Assembly: GCA_965178125.1 (NCBI GenBank)
Contig: OZ237774.1
Coordinates: 124,001-188,000 of the forward strand
Direction of reading: 5' to 3'
Length of the DNA stretch: 64,000 bases
Source of the DNA: Bilabrum cf. latius
Lineage: Eukaryota
Under the pieces are notes generated by a model. That model saw only the letters and a program-made list of their open reading frames with translations, was not told the DNA's origin and did no database searches. Positions 12,701-26,391 of the stretch are shown piece after piece (position 1 is the stretch's first letter; every line of letters starts with the position of its first letter). The position numbers and the translations under genes were made by a program.

Positions 12701-15700
12701 CCCGCTGGTGGTGCTGGTGGTGCTGGTGGCAGATCCGGTGGAGAGCTTGCGCTCGGAGGAGTGAGCAGCGACTGCGGAACCGGATACTTGCGCGGCGCCG
12801 CGGGCCGAAGAGGGACGGATGCCGGTGTGCTGGTGCTGAGCACTCGTCACACCCGCTTGCTACCCGTCCAGCGAGAAATGGCTCCCTTGTTCCCTGGTAC
12901 GGTCGTGCACCATGGGGGACTGGTCGCCCGGCGGAACCGGCGCCGCGTCGTGCGTCCCCCCACGCTGCGGCTCCACTAACCCGTCTGCTGCGGAACCTTC
13001 GGCACTTGCGCGGCGCCACTGGTCGCCACCCTGCGACCAAGCGGTCTGCGCCACGTGCGGCTGCGGCTGCCGCTGCTGCTAGTAAGGCTAGAACAGAGGC
13101 CGGGGCTGTTCCCTCCACTGCACCCCCTGCCGCTCCAAAAGCGCACGCAACATTCCCGCCACATCCCCCATCTGCCGCTCCAGACCCCCCAGCCGCTCGT
13201 GGAGCCGTCGCACCTCTCTCCCCACCGCGGTGCGGAGCTCCTGCACCTCGCTCGATTGCGCGGCGCCGCGACCGGTTGCGGAACTTTGACCGCCGGCACG
13301 AGAGGCGTCGTAGGCGGCAGAGTAGGGGCCAGGACTTGCACCGTGTGACCCTGCGTCGTGGTGGCGTTGCTGATCGTGCGCTCCGGAACTACCGCCCCGG
13401 GAATCACGGTTCGCAGGTGCAGGCGCGTGCGTGGATCCAGTGCTCCCGGTCGCAACCTGGGTCGCGCCCCCATTCTCGGTGTGACGAGTGTACTCGTGCC
13501 CGGTGCCACCAGCTGCGGGGTGCGGCCCTCCCTCCCCATGCCCCTGGGCGAGGCCTCCTTCAGCGCCGCTCGGATGGCTCCGATCGGGTGAGGCACCGGA
13601 TCCACCGTCGGACCCCGGGTCTGCACCACTGCCGTTCGCGTCCATGCCCTGACCCTGACCCTGACCCTGACCCTGACCCTGACCCGTGCCTCCTTGTTCT
13701 CCCTCTTGTCCTCCTTCTTGCCCTCCTTCACCTCTACGCAGCTCCTGTCCCACCACGCCCTGCTGATGCACCTGCAGTCCAGCCTCCCCGCCAGAGGCAC
13801 TGACGGAGGACCCGGTGCCGCCGTCTCCAGCACCACCATGCAGTGCACCCCCCCCGCTCATGCCCGGGGAAGGTGCTGGCACCTAGCTTGTGGTTCCACC
13901 GGTGTTGGTGCCCTGCCCGTCGTTGTTCCCTGGACTTGTGTTCCCTGGACTTGTGTTCCCTCCCTGATGCTCCTCGTCATCGGCCACGTCAGGGGGGAGC
14001 GCGTCCGTCACCGTCCTGCGCGCGGCGCCGCCGGTGCTTGCGGAACCTCCGCTGGACCCGTCGTGCGCCGCGCTGCCGCTACCCACCTCCCCCTGATTCT
14101 GATCCGATCCTTGGCCCTGGCTCTGATCCTACGCCTAGGTCTGTGCCGTCTGCCGGGCCAGCTCGGCGGCAGCTGCAGCAGCGGCGGCTTCCTCGGCTTC
14201 CGCAGCGGCGGCAGCGGCAGCCGCTGCAGAAGCGGCCGCAGCAGCCTCAGCCGCCGCTGCCTACTCGGCAGCCTGTGCCCTGGCCCTCTCCTCCTTCTGG
14301 GCTTCACGAACCTTCGCTCGGAATCTCTCGCGAGCCTCGTCCAGCACCCGCCTGGCAGCGGCCTGCGCGGCGGCTTCGGCTGCCTCAATCTGCGCCGCAG
14401 TGGGCTGCACCTGTTTGGCGCTGACGGACCGGGCACCCGCAGCCGCGCCCCCCCCTGACCCCCCGGCACCGCCCGGAGCGCCCCCAGGGGATGTTGATGT
14501 CCCCTGCGCGGGGTCACCGCCACCGTCCCCAGAACCCCCCGCAGCTGCCTGCGAGGTTGCAGCCGCCTGATCCAGGCTTGCCTTGCGCGCCGCCCTTGCC
14601 GCCTGGATGGCCTGCCTCATGGACCGCGTGTCGATGGCGAAATCATCCAGGTCCCTGTCGCTGAGTGTGCCCCCGGCCTCGAGGACGCCTGCCAGGAGAG
14701 CGCTGGAGGCGTGCTTGCCTGTCCCCAGGGGGCTGGTGGAGGCACCCCCGGCCCCCATGCCCCCCCCTAGTGGGGGCGGGACGGGGACGGCCCCCGCGGT
14801 GCCAGGGGTATTCCCTCCCCCATCCTCCCCCGCTGCACCCCCCCCCACAGGCTTGAGGAGCTGCTGACCCCCCTGCAGGAACGGATGCCTCATGAGATCG
14901 GAGGCTTCCGGTCTGACCCAGCGGAACCTTTTCGGCGGCGCCGCGCTCGGCATCACCATGCCCTCGGGGTCAACGGCTAGGCCCACCGCCCCCCCCGCGC
15001 CGGCGCCCTGCCCGCCCCCAGAATGCCCCCCAGGCCCTTGATCCGATCCTTTCGCCGCCGCCACCCACCCCTCGGGCGGGGTGGCCCCGGCCTGATGGAA
15101 GGAGGGGGCAGCAGACGCAGCGGCGTGCCGGTGGGTGGGGGTGTGCGCGGCGCCGGTTCCGCTTGGCGTCGATTCGGGATGCTGGTCCTGGTCATGATCT
15201 GGCTCTTCTTCCTCCTCGCCCTCGCCCTCGCCCTCGCCGGGCATGGGGCTCCCTTGTTCCCTAGCTCTTGCGACCATCCGTTGCGACCCCTCGGCCGAGT
15301 GCTCCTACAGCGCGGGCGAGTCCGCTCCATCGCCGTCATCATCTTCATCTTCGCCGTTGTCGTCGTCCTCCTCCGGGCCGCTGGCCTGCCTGGCGGCCTG
15401 GCCGTCGCCGGTGCCGGTGCCGGTGCCATGGGATGCGCCTGAGCCTGGGCCGCTGCCTCCCGTGGCGACAGCTCCGGCGGCCGCCTTCTTTTTCAGCGTC
15501 ATCTTCGAATCGCGACCGCCACTCTCTCCGGATGCTGCTCCTAGGGCTGATGCTGCTGCCTCATTGGCCTCGGACTTGGACTCCTCGTCTGCTCCGATCG
15601 GCACGCGGGTCCCCATGCAATGCCTCACGAAGTCGTACGCCTCCGGCCAGGCATACCTCATGTCCCTCAAGCCCTGGGGCTCCTCCCCCGCGCTCACCGC

Positions 15701-17358
15701 AGTCATGATCTCGCCCAGAGTGCGGTGCTCGGAGTAGGGGGTCCGGTTGGTGACCATCTCCACCACGCACATGGCGAAGGCCCAGATGTCCACGGTGTGC
15801 GTGTAGGTGCTGCGGCTGCTCCTGTCAGCTTCGTACATATCCGGAGCCATAAATTCTGGCGTGCCCGTGACGGTCATGCCGCTGCCTACCGTGCGAGCAA
15901 GTCCCAGATCCCCGATCTTGATGGAGCGGCCCTTCATGAAGATGTTGTCGCACTTGATGTCGCGGTGGATGATGCAGGGCTTTGTTCCCTGGGGCTGGTG
16001 GAGGTAGTGGAGGCAAGAGAGGATCTCCTGGCAGTAGTGCTTGAGGATGCGGCGAGAAATGGGCCACCTGCCCACGAACTTCCTGAGAGTGCCTGAGTGC
16101 ATCAGCTCCGTGATGAACACCACGCACTGCTTCTCGCGGGCAAACCACGCTCCATAGAAACCGATCAAGTTGGGATGCTCGAGGTCCCTGAGCAGCTTGA
16201 CCTCGTTCAGGATCCTCCTCTTGGCCTTGTCCGTGTACCCCCCGATCTTGACTTCGTTCCAGGCCAGCATGATGCCATGCTCCATGTCCTGGGCCTTGTA
16301 GACCACCTTGAAGGAACCCTTGCCGATCTCCTCGGCGAACTGCGGGACGGTGTGACGAGCGGATGGTGTGACGAGTGGGGCAGGCGGCGGGTCGGCGTTG
16401 GCAAGCGATCCGTTCGGTGGGCAGGGGCCAAGGCTAGGACAAGGAGCGGCAGTGCATTCAACCCTCGCAATCAAGGGCACCGCAACGCAATGGATCGCAT
16501 ATCACCGAAAGGTGGCGCACCATTCGTGTTTCTTGTTCTCTCTCTCACCCTGACGTAGTTCCCCATGGGGCTCTTCTCGACGAAATCGCGCTCCTCCTCC
16601 TCGTTCTCCTCGTCTTCTTCCTCTTCCTCGCTGTCCGTCTCTCCGACCCCTGCACCCGCTTTCTTCTTCTTCTATTTCTGCATATCCTCTTTCTCTTCGG
16701 CGGCCCCTTTCTCTCCGTGCGGGGAAGCCCCCACACCCTGCGGCTGAGCCGGCTTGGAGGAGGAGTCTGGCTCGGTGCCGGGCTGGGCCGGCTCGGCAGG
16801 GGCAGGTGCAGGTGCAGGCGCAGGCGCAGGTGTAGGTGTGTTGGGGCTGTTAGCTTCGCCCGCGGCTGCAACCGCAGCGTCCGCTGCAGCTTCTACAGGC
16901 GCAACTGTACCAGGACTCGGGTGCGCTGCCGTCGGTGGCTGCTGCTGTTCCATCTGCGGGGTTCCAGGGATGCTTGTAGACACCGCTGCAGCTTCTTCTG
17001 CACGGTCGTTGTATGTTGGATCGGCATGTTCCTGCGAAGCAGCAGAATGCTCTGCAGGTGGCGTGCTGCTGGCCGCGAGGAGATGAGAAGTGCTGCTGCT
17101 CGCCTCTGTTTCCGCTGCGCCTCCCGCCACTGGCATTACCTAGTCACCGCCAAGCTTTCCATCTTTCACATCAGAGCGCAAAACATCGCTGCCAGCTGCT
17201 ACTGGGCTCTACGTAGGGGCTGCCTCGTCGGTTGCATTGCCTGAGCTGGTCGGTGCCGGGCGTAGCGGCCCCGGACTAGTGTTGGATGCATCGCGCGCCT
17301 CACTTGCAGCTGCATCAAGTCCCTAGGTATGAGCTTGGCCCTCTGCAGATGCTTCCAT
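9788..17358 (-). CDS. WNK: WNK-family Ser/Thr kinase (~2450 aa); exons 17358-16549 and 16339-9788
   Basis: GKGSFKVVYK (Lys in subdomain I), AWNEV, HRDIKCDNIF, DLGLA and GTPEFMAP. Phase-0 intron 16548-16340. 17 in-frame TAGs join the ORF fragments. ATG at 17358, TGA at 9788. Confidence 0.88.
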
Positions 17359-18252
17359 ACTTCACTCTATTCGTTGCCCGCAAGCCCCTGGCGTGGTTGT
17401 ATACGTGCTGTGCTGCGCTCCCAGTCCGTCGGCAATACGGTTAATCCGTGGATACAGATCCTGGAAATTTGTCTAAATATCAATTAAACTAGAAATATGT
17501 GCCTCGTTTCCTGCTATATCTTGGTTCAGCAATCCAGAGACCCTTCAAGCATTGCTACCTACTTCGTTGACTGTTCGCCTTCTCAGTGCACTCCAACGGA
17601 TAGAAGCCGGCTTGCGAACGACTCGGGATATGAATACAAAATATAAATTTGTACTTCTAGCGAATGTGACAGTCCGATTACTGCCTTCCACAGCTCAGAC
17701 CTATGACACTTTTACCGAGTGCCTCTCCAACTTACACAAGCTTGCTACTAGCGTATTTCTTCAATATGTATAGAGTATACTGCATCAACGGATTGTCCAC
17801 CTGAAAAGGTGTGACATACTAGAACTTTACAAATTAACAGAGAAAATTAGCATGGTCCCTGCGAAAGGATGACACTCAACCGCAACGGATGGGTACAGAT
17901 ATTTTTTTTATTTTGCTTCCAAGGGCCTACTTCCCTCGTTACAGATGTGTATTCCATTGAGATTTTTAACCTCTTATATCATGCGCTACGAATACTCTGG
18001 ACCCTGCTGAGGGTCATTTTCATGTGGTTGGCTCCCCTCACTGAGGCTCTCAGCAACGAACCCAGCAAGTATGACCACGGCTTGATAAGGCCGTACAAGG
18101 TGCAGCGACGGGCAGGTCATCCAGGAGCCAGTGACACAACTGATATACAATGATGGGTGGTAACAGATCTTTCACCCAATCGGTGCGCAGACTCGTAGCT
18201 TAGCACGGCCCGGGGCGGGTGAGGGGGGCGACAAACCCGGAAGTAGGCCCGC

Positions 18253-21200
18253 ATGGTCAGTTGTTTGCGTCCCGCACACGCGGGGCCATCAGGAGAACTG
18301 GAGATTCTGCAAGCCATGCCCGGTAAGCCAATCTCAGATCATGCAACGAACAACCAGAGCATGCCTGGAACTCAAGGGGCAGAAAAGAGGATCGAGCCGC
18401 CGCAAGGCACCCATTCCAACAGCGTAGCAGATTTGGGTGGAGATACCGCGCTCGGCCAGCAGCGCATGTCGCCCGGCGTAAGCCGGCAATGCAGCCGCTC
18501 TGTCATACATATGACTAACAATCGACTGGTAAGGAGGCCATCCGCAGCTCATTTCGCATCTGGCCCCAGCGCTTACGCCACAGCATGCGAGGACCGGGTG
18601 ACGGTATCACCCGCTGCTCGGTTGAGGCCTTTTGGGGCGAACGGGGGCGATTTACCCAAGGATCGGCTCAGCAGAATATCCACGGTTGAAAATACAGACT
18701 CTTTTCGCGAATTGCTGCGGGATGATCAAGTACACGCTAGTACTAGCCATACAGGTCCAGGCAGGATTCGGTCATATTCTGTGGGGCATGCCGCTGGGGA
18801 GTGCCTCGAGTGCCTTGGTGAGGCGCAATCGAAAGCGATGGCGTAGCGTCATGAACACCAATCAAAGAGGCAACTTGATTCCGTACCGTAGCCGAATGCA
18901 CCCAGCGATTGGTGCAGACTGGTCCAGGCAAGCTCTCGGCTGGCAAGCACCGATCAGGCAGCAGCCGATGGCAACTTGAGCGATGATATTTGCAGCAGAT
19001 CTCTAGATACATCACAAGAAAATATAGTGAATTATGATTTGGCGAAAACTGGGCATTTAGAGCAGTGTATGGCACCTGCCAGTGCATGGGGCAAAGGCGG
19101 ACAGACGCAGCAGGTGGCAGTTCGTCCCCACTGGCACCAGCCCGCTGGCAGGCCGACGACCCTGACGGAAGCTAGGGAACCCGCGTTGGCAAACACAGAG
19201 GCTGCCAAGGCACTGCCTGGATGGCTGTGTTAGTCTCGTTGCCTGGACTGCACCACGACGCAAATCACCGATGTCGATTTGTCCTCCATCGCTGACGTGC
19301 TCTCCACAGGCACATGCCTGCGACAGCTCGACGTAAGCGACTAGCCAGGACCGATGGACGTAGGGCTCGTTCGGCTGGCGCAAGCCCTAGCGAACAACTG
19401 CTCGCTGCTTCAGCTGAACATATCCCACTGCACAGCGACCAGCCGCCGGGGATTAAAGGCGCTGGGCGCGTCGCTGCAGTGCAATGCATCCATCCAGTCC
19501 CTCCGCCTATCCGGGACGCCGCTCTCTCGCGGAGCCGCGCTGTCGCTGGCCGGCGGGCTCGCCCGCAACCGCTCCTTGCTCGAACTACGGCTGGCGGGGT
19601 GCCGCCTGTGTGACGAGTGCGGCGAGGCGATGGTGCGCGCGGCCTGCAGGCACCCCATGATGCAAGCGCTGGATCTTTCGGGCAACCGCAGCTGCGGCGG
19701 TGACGGTGGCGGTCATGACGATGGCGATGGCGATGGCGCGCACCGCGGCCTCACCGCACCATGCACCGGCCATCGGTGTGACGAGTGCGATTGTCATACG
19801 CCATCTCAAGGCATTGGCATGCGCACAGCCAGGGCCGCCCTTCTCTCCATGCGTGAGAGCATGACCATGCAGCTGATCGACATCGGAGCCGGTGCTTCCA
19901 CCGTCGGCCATGGCGGCAATCCCGAGCTGCTGCTGCTGGCAGCGGTGCGGCAGCTGGCCGCAGAGCCCCCAAGGAGAGGAAGAGGAAGAGGGAGAGTACA
20001 AGGACACTTGTCAGGTACGTCTTCGTCATCACCTGCATCTTCATCTTCACCAGCGCCGGCCGCAGTGGCAGCTCAAGACGTGTCCGATGGAAACAGTCCC
20101 ACTCGTCACAGCAGAAGCAATCGTCACACCGTGATCCGCTCTTCGTTTCTGCTGGACCGGATCGAGAGGATTCCGAGGCGGGTCACGATGCAAGCAGCCC
20201 AGAGGGCCAACCAACTGGCTCGGGCTGCTGGCGTGCACGGTCCGTGTGACGAGTGCTGCACCTCAGGGTCACTCGTGTGCCATCCAAAGAGGGCGCAGAG
20301 TCGGCTCGGCCAAGCGGCAACAGCCGTTGCTTCGGCAGTTGCTGCCTGCATCCGCTAGCTGGCCGCCCGGGATACGAGCCGCATACAGACGCACTCGTCA
20401 CACATCGCACCCTCCGGGCCCCGCCTCAGACGCCGCCGCCGACCGCTGCAGTCCCGGAAGCATGGTCGTGCAATGCACCTAGCAGCAGCAGCAGGGGCAG
20501 GCCCCGCCCCTAGGGGATAGAACTAGGTTGGGGACAGACCTGGCCAGGGCGGTGTGACGAATGGACACAGCGCCAACGGAGCCCCCCATTCCGGCACTAG
20601 CAGCAGCAGCAGCAGCAGCAGCTCCAGAAGCCTGACGATGCCCAGAAGGGGCGCCCTGATCCACCGGTGGATCCGGGAAGAGGCAGAAGAAGAGCAGAGG
20701 AGCGCGCTGTGCGAACACCCATGTGACGAGTGCGCTGTGGGACTGGGTGAATTCTGCATGCGCGCTGCGGCTGCCGTCCGCGTGGCTGGCCAGGAGCCGG
20801 GCGTTAGTGTGACGAGTGCGCTCGGTGTAGCCGCTTCGGCGCTCCGCCGCTGCAGCCGCATACTCGCTGCTCCCACCGCGATGGATGTGACGAGTGAGCA
20901 CAATGGCGCGGGACCTCTCCAGGGAACACAGTTCCAGGGAACACGACTTGACCCCGGGATGGCTGCAGCCCTCGCTGTTCTCCTTCGCGCGCTGCTGGAC
21001 GGGACTGACCACGCAGAGGGGCTGCGGCGGCTGCCGGGCGCGGAGTGTGACGAGTGTGAGGTGGGGAGTAGTAGCGCGGCTAGTGGCGAGATCGTGCCGC
21101 TTGCGTGCCTCGGGTACATCGGTGTGACGAGTGCGGTGGGTGAGCTCCAAGCCGCACTGGCAGACAGGGCGAGAGCCGGAGCAGGAGTAGGGGCAGGAAT

Positions 21201-21351
21201 CGAAGACAAATTGAGAAGGTGCTCCCTGTGCGTGACAGCTGCACCGAATGAAGCATGCATGCTCAATTGTCCGTCACCTAGGACGGAGCAGTAGGTGATG
21301 TGGCTGTGCGATCAGCTGCTCGGCGACTCAGAAGGGGAGTACGGGAAATGA
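18253..21351 (+). CDS. RNI-like leucine-rich repeat protein (~1030 aa)
   Basis: LRR units LAQALANNCSLLQLNIS, LQCNASIQSLRLSG, LARNRSLLELRLAGC and MQALDLSGN. Fragments share one frame across TAGs at 18844, 18889, 19231, 19342, 20356, 20518, 20524 and 21292. TGA at 21349. Start uncertain. Confidence 0.75.
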
Positions 21352-21599
21352 CGCGCAAGCAAATGAAAACCCAGAACACAAGAAAATATTACGCAATGGA
21401 TCATGCTGTGAGTTTTCGATTGCGTGCGCTCAATTTGCCGGTCATCCCAGGGGCTTCCGTATGTGAGGTTGCAACCGCATTGGAAGCGAGCACGGGTTGC
21501 CGTTGTCGCGCGTTGCAGCCTTTGCTCATTCACAGCTACTGGCTCGCAACCAACAGCGAGGCAGCGTATTCGAAACAAACCTCAACCAAATTGACAACC

Positions 21600-23525
21600 A
21601 TGTCCGACATCATCCCTGTTGCCACGGCACGAATGCATCCAATGCCGCCTGGAATTCCAGCCGCGGAGCATGTGGCAGAGTCGACGCCCGGCTCCAGCGC
21701 GGATGCGTTTCGAGTCGCGTCATCGATCGCGCAAGTACAGTCGGATTTGGAACTGATGGCGCCTGTTCCTGACAGCGAGCAGCAGCTGTCGCTACTGAGC
21801 AAGTACCTGCAGAAGCACGGCGGGACTGCGCTGCTTCCGCCTCTGGCAGAGCTGCTGCGAGCCGAGCAGCAAGAAACACAATCAAGGAAAAGGTTATCAA
21901 TTGCCATGTAGGAGCTGAAAGACATCGAACTGGAGATGGGGGTCACGAAAATGTCATCTCCCGGCAAGCACCGAAGAAGGAATTCAGTCCTGGGACGCAG
22001 GGGCAGCCTGCTTGGCCGCAGAGGAAGCACGTAGGGAGGCTACGGAGCAGCATCTGAAGAGCATCAAACAGGCTTTAATTAGATGGATGCTTCTTATTCC
22101 AGTGCTCCCAGATTCGATCCCGGGACGAGCGCATATCCGCTGGAATCGCACGGCGGCAGCCAATTCGATTTGGTCGCTTCCTCCAAAGATGCCCAGCACG
22201 GTACAAAGAAGGCCACCAGCAGCGAGAGCAAATCGTCTGTGGAGACCTTTGACTCAGCCACAGGCCCGGTCGCAGCTGCAAAGCGCCGGGTGGATCGCGC
22301 GAGACAATAGCACACCGCGGCTCTCACCCTCCACAGGGCTGCCGTGAGGCATCTTCTCCGGATGCTCCGATCGGATCAAGAGGCATGGACACACCTTGCT
22401 GCCGGCATGCAGCGGATCCGGAAGGTGCTCACTGCTGGTGCTGCCGCGCCCGTCGCTGGAGGTAGCAGGAGAAGCAGCCGCGGAGGCATACGCACACGCT
22501 CCTTTCGAAGCGGGGTGGGACCAGGAGCAGGACCAGCTGAAGAAGAAGGCAGTCATCATCACGGACATTCAAAGCGGCATGGCGCACCGGAGGGCCCATC
22601 GGTTGCAACCAAGCCAGGCAGCGAAGCCCTATCCTAGTCGGGGGCAGCAGACCCAACGGGCCGGAGCCGTCCTCACTCGTCACACAGCTCGCTGCGCAGC
22701 CACTCCCCAGCCCGAATGGTCGCAAACATTGCGACCAAGCTGCCCCTCGGCAGACTAGCCGTTGAGCTGGAGAAGCTCCGTTTCTTGGAGCTGGCCCACA
22801 TGCAGGTCTCGGGCGACCTGCGCATCCTGCTGGACGACAGGCACGCCCATGCGCTCGAAGAGGTGCGTAGGGCAGTGAAGAAGCTTGAGATCGTGGAGAG
22901 GGAAATCAAGAGGCACGGGGAGACAAAAGAGGAGCAGGATAAGGACCTTGGTGCTCTGATCGCCCGGCTGGAGCTGGATCTTCTTCGCCTGAACGACCTG
23001 GAGGCCATCCAGAAGCAGCAGCTGAAGGAAGTTGCGACCATCGAGAGGAGTGCGCTGCTGTCGCACCGGGATGACCAGGTGGCCAAATGCGAGGCGGAAA
23101 GATCCAAGACGGAGGCCCCCCTCAAGTCCGAGGAAGCCGCCCACTTTGACCATGCAGCCGGTGCCAGGCTGAAGATCAAGCGAGCCAAGCTGGAGGTGCG
23201 AGCGGCGCAGCGGAAGCAGCTGGAGGAAAACGTAAAGCTGGATCGCGCCATCCAGGAGGAGTAGGAAGCGATCGAATGGCTGCAGCAGACCATCGGGACG
23301 GTGCGAGGCTTCCTCGAGGAGAGCGACGAGATCGCCGCAGAGGTGGCTAAAGAGGAAGCAGTCCACCGGTGGATCGAAGAGCGGGACGCGAGGCTCCGCA
23401 CCATGACACGGGAGGCGATGGGGCGCAAGATCCGGGACTGGTTCCGGCTGGTCAAGGAGCAGAAGGACTCCGTCGATAAGGAGCTGGCGGCTCTAGTAAA
23501 GGAAAAGGAGCAAGATGGCAAGTGA
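21600..23525 (+). CDS. Coiled-coil protein of unknown function (~640 aa)
   Basis: One frame across TAGs at 21909, 22032, 22080, 22308, 22635 and 23262. E/K/R/L-rich helical C-terminal half. TGA stop. Confidence 0.7.
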
Positions 23526-23946
23526 ATGGTTGTGGGAGAGTATAGTTCTTTTGTAGAGAAATTGGACAGGTTTACTTGATGCATGTATGGCCATATAGAC
23601 TTGTCCATTCTGGCACTGCCTCACTGTGTGATGAATGGGACACGTCCCTTGCAAATGACGGCAACAGTCGCTCGAAATGGGCGAAAGCCTGTAGAACGAT
23701 GACAATCATGGGTCAATATTGAAGTAGCTCCATCGTGCTTACATGACCGAGTGTTCAATTGTAGGAGTCCCAGAGCGGCTGTCTGGAGGAGCAGTGAATA
23801 CTGTGAACCGAATCTCAGTTTTGAATCGTGAGAATTCAACCGCAACCAAGTTTGTATGCCGTCCAATCTTGGGCTAGTTAGCAAATGAATAGTACTTCTG
23901 CTGTATGTTATGGCCCTGAAAACTTGCCGCTGCTACAAACGAATGA

Positions 23947-26211
23947 ATGGTATCTGGATTCGACTTGTTATCGTCCCAAGCAGAGTCATTCGGAACCCCT
24001 AGCGAAGCAATCGAATCCGAAAGCAGTACTCAAACTATGGTGGTAAAGCACGCGGCAGACACGCTCGCCGCAAACCCGAGCATACCGCTCGACAGCAGCA
24101 GGCTCATGTTCGAGGTAGCGGCGCTACAATGGGCTGCATCTGGGTCCCTGCTGCCTCAACTCGGCCCCTCCCCACCGACTCACCGGCTCATCAGCACCGA
24201 ATCAACGGCAATCGGAACCACAGCCGCAACAGCCCCCCATGCAGCGCCGGGTGCAGAGGCCGCGCCAGCAGTTCTGGTGCCTCGAGTGCTTGGTTCCGCT
24301 CTTGATGCGGCGCCGCGCATCGCCGTTCTGGAGGATCTGGGACCACCCATTGCTCTACCGAGGTTCGATCCTCGGCTCCCTGATCATCAAACGGGGGGAC
24401 ACGCATCAGGTCGTGGACGAACCGACGACGATGGAACGTCGGGTCACCCCTGCAGGCCAACGGCATCGAGCGTTGATGCACATCCAGATGCACCTGCATC
24501 GCACTGCGATGCACCGTTCATCGACTCGATCCAGTCCGTCATGGATCTCACGGCAGGTGCATCGCACTGCGGCGCAACAGAGGCGCTGGAGAGAGCCCAG
24601 CGGGCCGCGGTGCAGGCAACCGGGCCAGTCGGGGCGGCCATCCGGAAGATCCACGATTCCGGTTTTAAAACGAACCCCCAGGAACGTTCGCTCTTCGGTG
24701 GTGCTGGATCTGCACCTGCTCCCGGCCCCGGTCACGTCAACCTGCCCATCCAGCGCACTCGTCACACCGTGCAGTACGCATCGGCGGCCGGTCACCTGGC
24801 AACGTGCCTGGACCGAACCGCTGGGGGCAGCAGCGGAGACGGACCCGACGATGACGACGCTGGCGATGTTAAAAGGGCAAGTGCTGGCAAAGTCCCGGCG
24901 GTGCCGGTGCCGGTGCCGGTGCCGGTGCCGGTGCCGGTGCCGGTGCCGGTGCCGGTGGCTGCAGCCCGTCTCTCGGTGATGGCTGCCGTGCTGGGGATCT
25001 CGCTGCGGGACGGCACGTATGTTCCGCACGGCACAGCGCAGGCAGCGTGTGATCGCCTGGTGGATGCGTGGTATGTAGCGCGCGGTGCCCGAGGTTCCGC
25101 CAGCGGAACCACGGCGGCGCTGCGCGAATGGGCATCGCAGGCGGCCGATCGGGTAGCAACGGAAACAGCCGCTCACCCACACCCACCGCAACTTCCGCTT
25201 CGATCCCGCCTTGCGGTAGGCAAGGAAGGGTGCGGCGAGGGCACCGAGAAGGGAACAGGGGATGCATCTAGTACTTCTTGCGCACCATCTGCAGATGCAT
25301 CGCATGGTGGCGCAGCATCAGCTCCCCCCACTCTTCGCTTCGGCGTGTGCATGACTCACGGGGACCTTTGGCCTGCTTCCGTGCTGCTTCGAGTGCACCG
25401 CACTGCAGACCTTGAACACGAAGGGAAGCGCCCGGACAGCCTCTAGACGGGGTTACGTGGTCCCTCTCATCGTGTGACGAGTGTCCAGCCGTGCCTCATC
25501 GACTGGGAAATGTCTCATTTCGGCAGGCCGCTGCAGGACTGCGCGCATTTCCTGGCGCACTGCATTGCAGCGGATCTACGGGCGGGTAGGGGCAGCACTG
25601 TTCCCTGGGGCCACTGGAACATCTCGGGTGCGCTCGGTCGGCTTGGTGGGTTGTTCTCTAGCTTTACGGCTGGTGCTTCTGGTAGTGCCACTGTGACCGA
25701 CGAGAACGGCACTGATGGGCCTGGTAGGTGCGCGGATGGGACTGCTGCAGACGCAGCCGAAGGTACACAGCGTGATGGGAAGAGAGACGCATCGGTCACT
25801 GCTGTGGGTAGCGCGGGTGACGAGTGTCCAGAAGACGCTGCGCTGGGTGGGGCAGGGGCTGGCACGAGCCAGCAGGGCGAGCGCGATGTCCCACAACCGC
25901 ATGCACCCAGTTGGCTTGGCCAGCGACTATGGGAGTCCTTCGCGGATGGGTACAGTGGTGTTGCTTGTGTGACGAGTGAAAAGGGTGTGACGAGTGGCAT
26001 AGAGGGGCTGAAGGCGCCGTCGGCCCACGATGCGGCTGTGGCTGTCGCGCTGCACATCAGCGAGCGGGCGCGGGATATGCCTGACGGTGGCAGCCAAGAC
26101 GTTGGCTATGGGTGTGAAGAGTGCCGATGGGGGCTCGTGCACGCAGCCTCAGAGCTGCTTGTCAGGGCGTGCAGCAGCTTTGCGTTTGCTGAGCTCAAGT
26201 CAGATTTGTGA
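23947..26211 (+). CDS. APH/choline-kinase-fold phosphotransferase (methylthioribose-kinase-like)
   Basis: VVKHA, RLMFEVAAL, HGDLWPASVLL and IDWEMSHFGRPLQDCAHF. The HGD and IDWE catalytic motifs are separated by an in-frame TAG at 25444. TGA stop. 5' end uncertain. Confidence 0.78.
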
Positions 26212-26391
26212 TGATCCCGGATTGCGTACGTATTACTCAAGTCAGAATCCGAAAAACACAACGTAACTTACTGTCGCGCTGATGGGGTTTTACGGAGTTT
26301 GCTTCGAAACGTAACCAGGGCCACAATGAGAACAACTCATTTTTAACGCACGTTCCTTTATAACTAATCCCTGGGAGGGCAGTCGAAATGC

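Noticed and set aside
13647-13686. (CCCTGA)n resembling a telomeric repeat variant
   Set aside because: Short, and in frame within WNK where it encodes GQGQGQ.
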